Shown one piece after another: positions 62,511 through 64,000 of a stretch of DNA of 64,000 nucleotides. Source of the DNA: Rhizodiscina lignyota (Eukaryota); assembly GCA_010015805.1 (NCBI GenBank), contig ML978121.1, forward strand, positions 3,782,001 through 3,846,000. Direction: 5' to 3'. Under the pieces are notes generated by a model. The model made no database searches. It was not told the DNA's origin and saw nothing but the letters and a program-made list of their open reading frames with translations. Each line of letters starts with the position of its first letter. Position 1 is the stretch's first letter. Both the position numbers and the translations under genes were made by a program.

Positions 62511-63495
62511 GCGGCTACTTGCTGCTATGAGGGAAGAGTTTGATGCGGACAATGTGCGGTATCATGATCTGGAATGACGGTGATGCCAAGTATCCAAAGC
62601 CCGCGGCTTGGTGGGAATTAAAGAACAGGTGTCAACGTCTAGTCAAGATCAAAGAGCCAATAAGTCCCAAACGACATTTTGCTGTATAAATGCGGCATCA
62701 ATTGCCTCCTAAATCTCGATATCAGCTACTAGTATTACTGAGGTTACCATCATCTAGCACAACAAAGGGTAACTACTGCTCGAAAAGCTGTAATCACGGA
62801 AGTCTTCTGGCGGCCTCTCTCGACAGGATTGACTCCAATTATACCGGCTCGAGAATAAAGTATTTGGCCGCCGGGCAAACTCTCACACCCAAACTCGAAC
62901 AGTTCTTATTCTTCGAGGTAGGCGATAGCACATCGAGAAGCTCACTTCTGAATTCCCTGGAGTACATATAACAGTACGAGTCTGTTGAAAAACTTGTACA
63001 CTATATTAGACACAGAGGCTATACATCGAAGCCTCTGGGGTAAGCTTTAATAGCCAAAGCCGAGTTGCTCTTTCTCCTTAAGTAAAGATACCATCGCTAG
63101 ATCTTCGGTTCTACGTTCTTTGGAGTGTGTACTTCTTGGTTGTTCAGTATCTTGCAGGCTATGATTAACTGGTTTGTCGCCATCGAAGCAGCCCGCACGC
63201 AGGAATGGTGGATTGAATTCATCACCATACCGACGACAAAAAAATAAGATTGCGATACCGGAGATTGGCAACAATAGGTACTTAGCTAGCGTGTTTTTCG
63301 CGTTTTCTTCTTCACCATAACAACAACAACATTGCCACGGCCGCGTGAGGAACACTTCACTAGCGCGTTGGCCACGAGCCCACAAATTCTCTTCCCGAAA
63401 ATAAACGAAGCACCACCTCTCATCTTCTTTCTTCTTCCTACACTTCTTCCACCTCACGCCTTGTTATCCACTGCTCATCGCCAAGGCTCTCTCTA

Positions 63496-64000
63496 ATGGC
63501 TGAGAACTCTGCCGGCCATCCTCCTGCGGGAGGTTTTGCCTCTGATGACCCACTTTGTTCGTGTTCCCTTTGTTTGGTTTTCTGTTTTCAGCTTGCTAAT
63601 GCTCATTTCAGCTGTGGCGAACATGTCGGACGAGGACTATGAGAGACTGTACTTGAGTCAGTTCATTCCGGCAGAGTGGCTGCGCGAATTCCGCGAGCGT
63701 TACGATGGCACACCAGCCGCCGACGCGCCATCGAACCGGAAGAATGAATCGAGCGCCAATACGAAGTCAGACATTGGAAAATCATCCGACGTTGACGCGC
63801 AACCGAGCGATCAGGAGGATTCGAACGTCGATGTGGATCACAACATGGTTTTGGACTCGCAGGAGTTCCAAAATTTGCTACTCCCGTTCGGGGCTTACCT
63901 TGAACGTCGGCTCCGACCAAGTCAACGCGTCTCGAAAGAGGCAGCGGTAAAGATGGACCATGAATTCAGTCTCATGCTCCGTACGGTGATAGGTGCTGCC
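63496..64000 (+). CDS. Unidentified gene, 3'-truncated by the window edge; candidate MAT-locus gene
   Basis: ATG at 63496 and intron 63533-63611 (gctaat branch, tcag acceptor). The frame stays open to the end of the window (MAENSAGHPPAGAVANMSDEDYERLYLSQFIPAEWLREF...). It is absent from the ORF track because it has no stop. Confidence 0.6.

Overview
This is eukaryotic DNA from a filamentous ascomycete (Pezizomycotina), judged by short GT-AG introns with CTRAC/CTAAC branch sites and fungal-type proteins. It holds about 24 genes in three blocks. (1) 0.5-12.7 kb: a membrane protein and a giant (~3500 aa) coiled-coil/acidic protein with His-punctuated 24-residue repeats. (2) 14-43 kb: an accessory metabolic/transport block containing an amidase, a peroxisomal enoyl-CoA hydratase, a P450 with an atypical I-helix, a D-2-hydroxyacid dehydrogenase, an NAD-dependent epimerase-like protein, a nitrilase, an AsaB/CmcJ-like oxidoreductase, and PHO84-, MUP1-, MCH- and DAL5-like transporters. 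It also contains a gene frameshifted by an 8-bp duplication and a head-to-head pair of decayed kinase genes. (3) 44-64 kb: core genes MET1, a RIM4-like gene, SNX3 and the conserved mating-type flank APC5-CIA30-RIM2-COX13-APN2, followed by an unrecognised gene running off the window edge that may belong to the MAT idiomorph. The most interesting candidates are a possibly co-regulated oxime/nitrile/amide catabolic cluster, the giant His-repeat coiled-coil scaffold, and the relic kinase-ankyrin plus kinase-like pair. All identities come from motif recognition by eye; no database searches were run.
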